Shown here: piece by piece, positions 62,103-64,000 of the stretch
How the letters are laid out: each line of letters begins with the position of its first letter
Position numbering within the stretch: the first letter of the stretch is position 1
Assembly (NCBI GenBank): GCA_977862235.1
Contig: OZ374557.1
Coordinates: forward strand, 1,054,001 to 1,118,000
DNA length: 64,000 bases
DNA from: Dudresnaya verticillata
Taxonomy: Eukaryota
Direction of reading: 5' to 3'
Notes under the pieces: model-generated
Seen by the model: the letters and a program-made list of their open reading frames with translations, nothing else
Told to the model about the DNA's origin: nothing
Databases searched by the model: none
Made by a program: the position numbers and the translations under genes

Positions 62103-64000
62103 AGAATATACCAAAGTACGTGGACCAGCACACCTCCTTGTTTGTCCAACTTAAGAGAATGGGCACAGATTCGGCTATTCCGCAGACAAATAAGGCACCT
62201 CTGTTCCTTGCATCCATTGATCCCCCATGGTCCTGGGAGTCAACCGCTGCAGCTATTCGAAGCTAAGATGTTGCTGAGCTGACCTGGGATTACGTCGCAA
62301 CTACAATAATCGACGAATATAATGCTAATAAGTCTCATGCATCGTCTGGAGGAGGCGGATCAAGCAAGTCAAAGAGTCGTCGCAAGAAGAAGAAGAAGTC
62401 CACGTCGTCAGACTCTCAACGGCTGCATAATTTATCTGTTGACAACGAGATCTCGGATGACTCTTCTGACATTGAATCAACTGTTCGGTCACTTGCCATC
62501 GCACTCAAGTCCGCGAAGCATGGCCAAACGGGGTCCAAAAAGCACATTCACTGTGACTGCTGTGATAAGGATGGGCACACCGCAGATCGTTGCTTTCTCA
62601 GTCCGGAAAACCCGAATAAATAGCTTCCTCCGAAAGTGCGACAGATGTTTCCAGAAGAAGAAGGGGAACGCCAACTCGGTAGTAGCTGCATCGGGCAAGA
62701 GTGGGAAATCTGCAAACGTAGAACTCGTTGGTGCTTCTTTTGAGATGACTAATGATGTTCCCCAAATGACCAAAGAACTTATGGCGATAGTGGGGCTACA
62801 GTTCATTATTTCCATTCGATGGCGTCTTTTGTACGGGGTTCATTAGCTCCCTGTGAGACTCGTACGGTAGTCGTTGCTGACAAGTCTTCGGTCACTACGG
62901 CCCTTTGTGGGGATGTCATACTGCCTTTTGAATACGCCAATATTCCGCTCAAGAAAGTACTGTACATCCGGTAGATGGGGTATTATCTCGTCTCTACAGG
63001 ACGTCTTGCTCACGAGGGCATGGAATCCCATTTTCGACGCTTGGACGTACATTATATACGTTTGGTACTCAACTCGGATGGATTCTATGTTGAATTTGGG
63101 ATTTGTGATGCAAACGCTGGGATATATATTCTACCAGAACAGGCGTTCCATGTTTTGGAGGAGCAAGCATTGTCTATCCCCGGTACTCAACAGACAACCG
63201 AGCTTTGGCACCGACGTCGTGCCCATGGCAATTTTCGGGATTTGACCAAGGTACACGAGCACGTGGAGGGAGTTCCCAAATTGGGACAAACCCACAATGT
63301 CTGTGGGCTTGTAGGATCGGAAACCCCCACAACATATTGTTTTCATATCACTTCCGTGCGACGAAAGCAGTTGGGGAACGTTTCCATTCGGACATCGTTG
63401 GCCCAATTGAGATATCTTTCCCAGACCATTTCCGGTACGCTACCACATTCCTGGGCCCCAAATCCCGTTATCTAGTTGTAGCATGTATGAAACGTCGCAG
63501 AATATTGGATACAGCTTTCGAAGAAGCTTCAGTGAGACGTCTTGAGAATGGAGGAGCGGAAATCCGCAAGATCCATTCAGATGGAGCTGAGGAATACTTG
63601 CCTCTGCAGAATGCTTTGGGAGGAGTGGGTAACACTGGCAAATCTTTCTCCCCTCCATATACCCCAGAGCTCAACGGAATCGCAGAACGGGTGAACCGAA
63701 CAATGGTGGAGGCTGCACTGAATCTGCTTATCCGAGCTGATTTAGCAAGATGTGTGTGGCCGTTTGCACTGAAACATGTCAATTATGTGCGCAATCAGGT
63801 ATCACATTCATCTGTTGGTACGAGGCCATACTCGGTAGTGACTGGTGCAATACCTGATCTGAAGCACTTACGGGTCTTTTGATGTGCTGCATACGTACTA
63901 CGGCTCTCACGCGGATCTAAGTTCTAGACTTGTGCAATTGAGGATGTGTACGTAGAAACACTTGAGCATGGGATCTACAGCGTACTAATCACTGATGATG
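62103..64000 (+). pseudogene. pol: Duplicate of copia A1 gag-pol relic
   Basis: Matches 9477-11374; one substitution seen (63845). Confidence 0.93.

Larger units (their letters stand above)
52627..64000 (+). repeat. Copy 2 of the long direct repeat (E fragment, copia A1, gypsy G1 and nested elements again)
   Basis: Constant offset of 52,626 for the whole ORF track. Runs to the window edge. Confidence 0.98.

Overview
Eukaryotic, gene-poor, heterochromatin-like window made almost entirely of nested and decayed transposable elements. The element types suggest a red alga, but this is inference only. It contains at least four Ty1/copia families: A and B are classical copia; C and D have GalEa-like pol. 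It also holds Ty3/gypsy elements, including one complete 8.5-kb non-autonomous copy with a chromodomain-like integrase tail and antisense ORFs, several solo LTRs, a pogo-like DDE transposase pseudogene, an (AGGAC)n microsatellite and one orphan zinc-finger ORF. Bases 1-11374 recur almost identically at 52627-64000 (period 52,626 bp; I found 3 substitutions), so the whole mosaic appears tandemly duplicated. The most unusual signals are: (i) -1 frameshift cassettes (slippery site, 6-nt spacer, hairpin) between gag and pol in two copia elements; (ii) ~75-bp micro-LTRs shared by two divergent copia lineages with half-tRNA-type primer sites; (iii) ~20-fold enrichment of TGGCCA confined to the gypsy element that carries antisense ORFs. 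No intact host gene, rRNA, tRNA or CRISPR array is supported.
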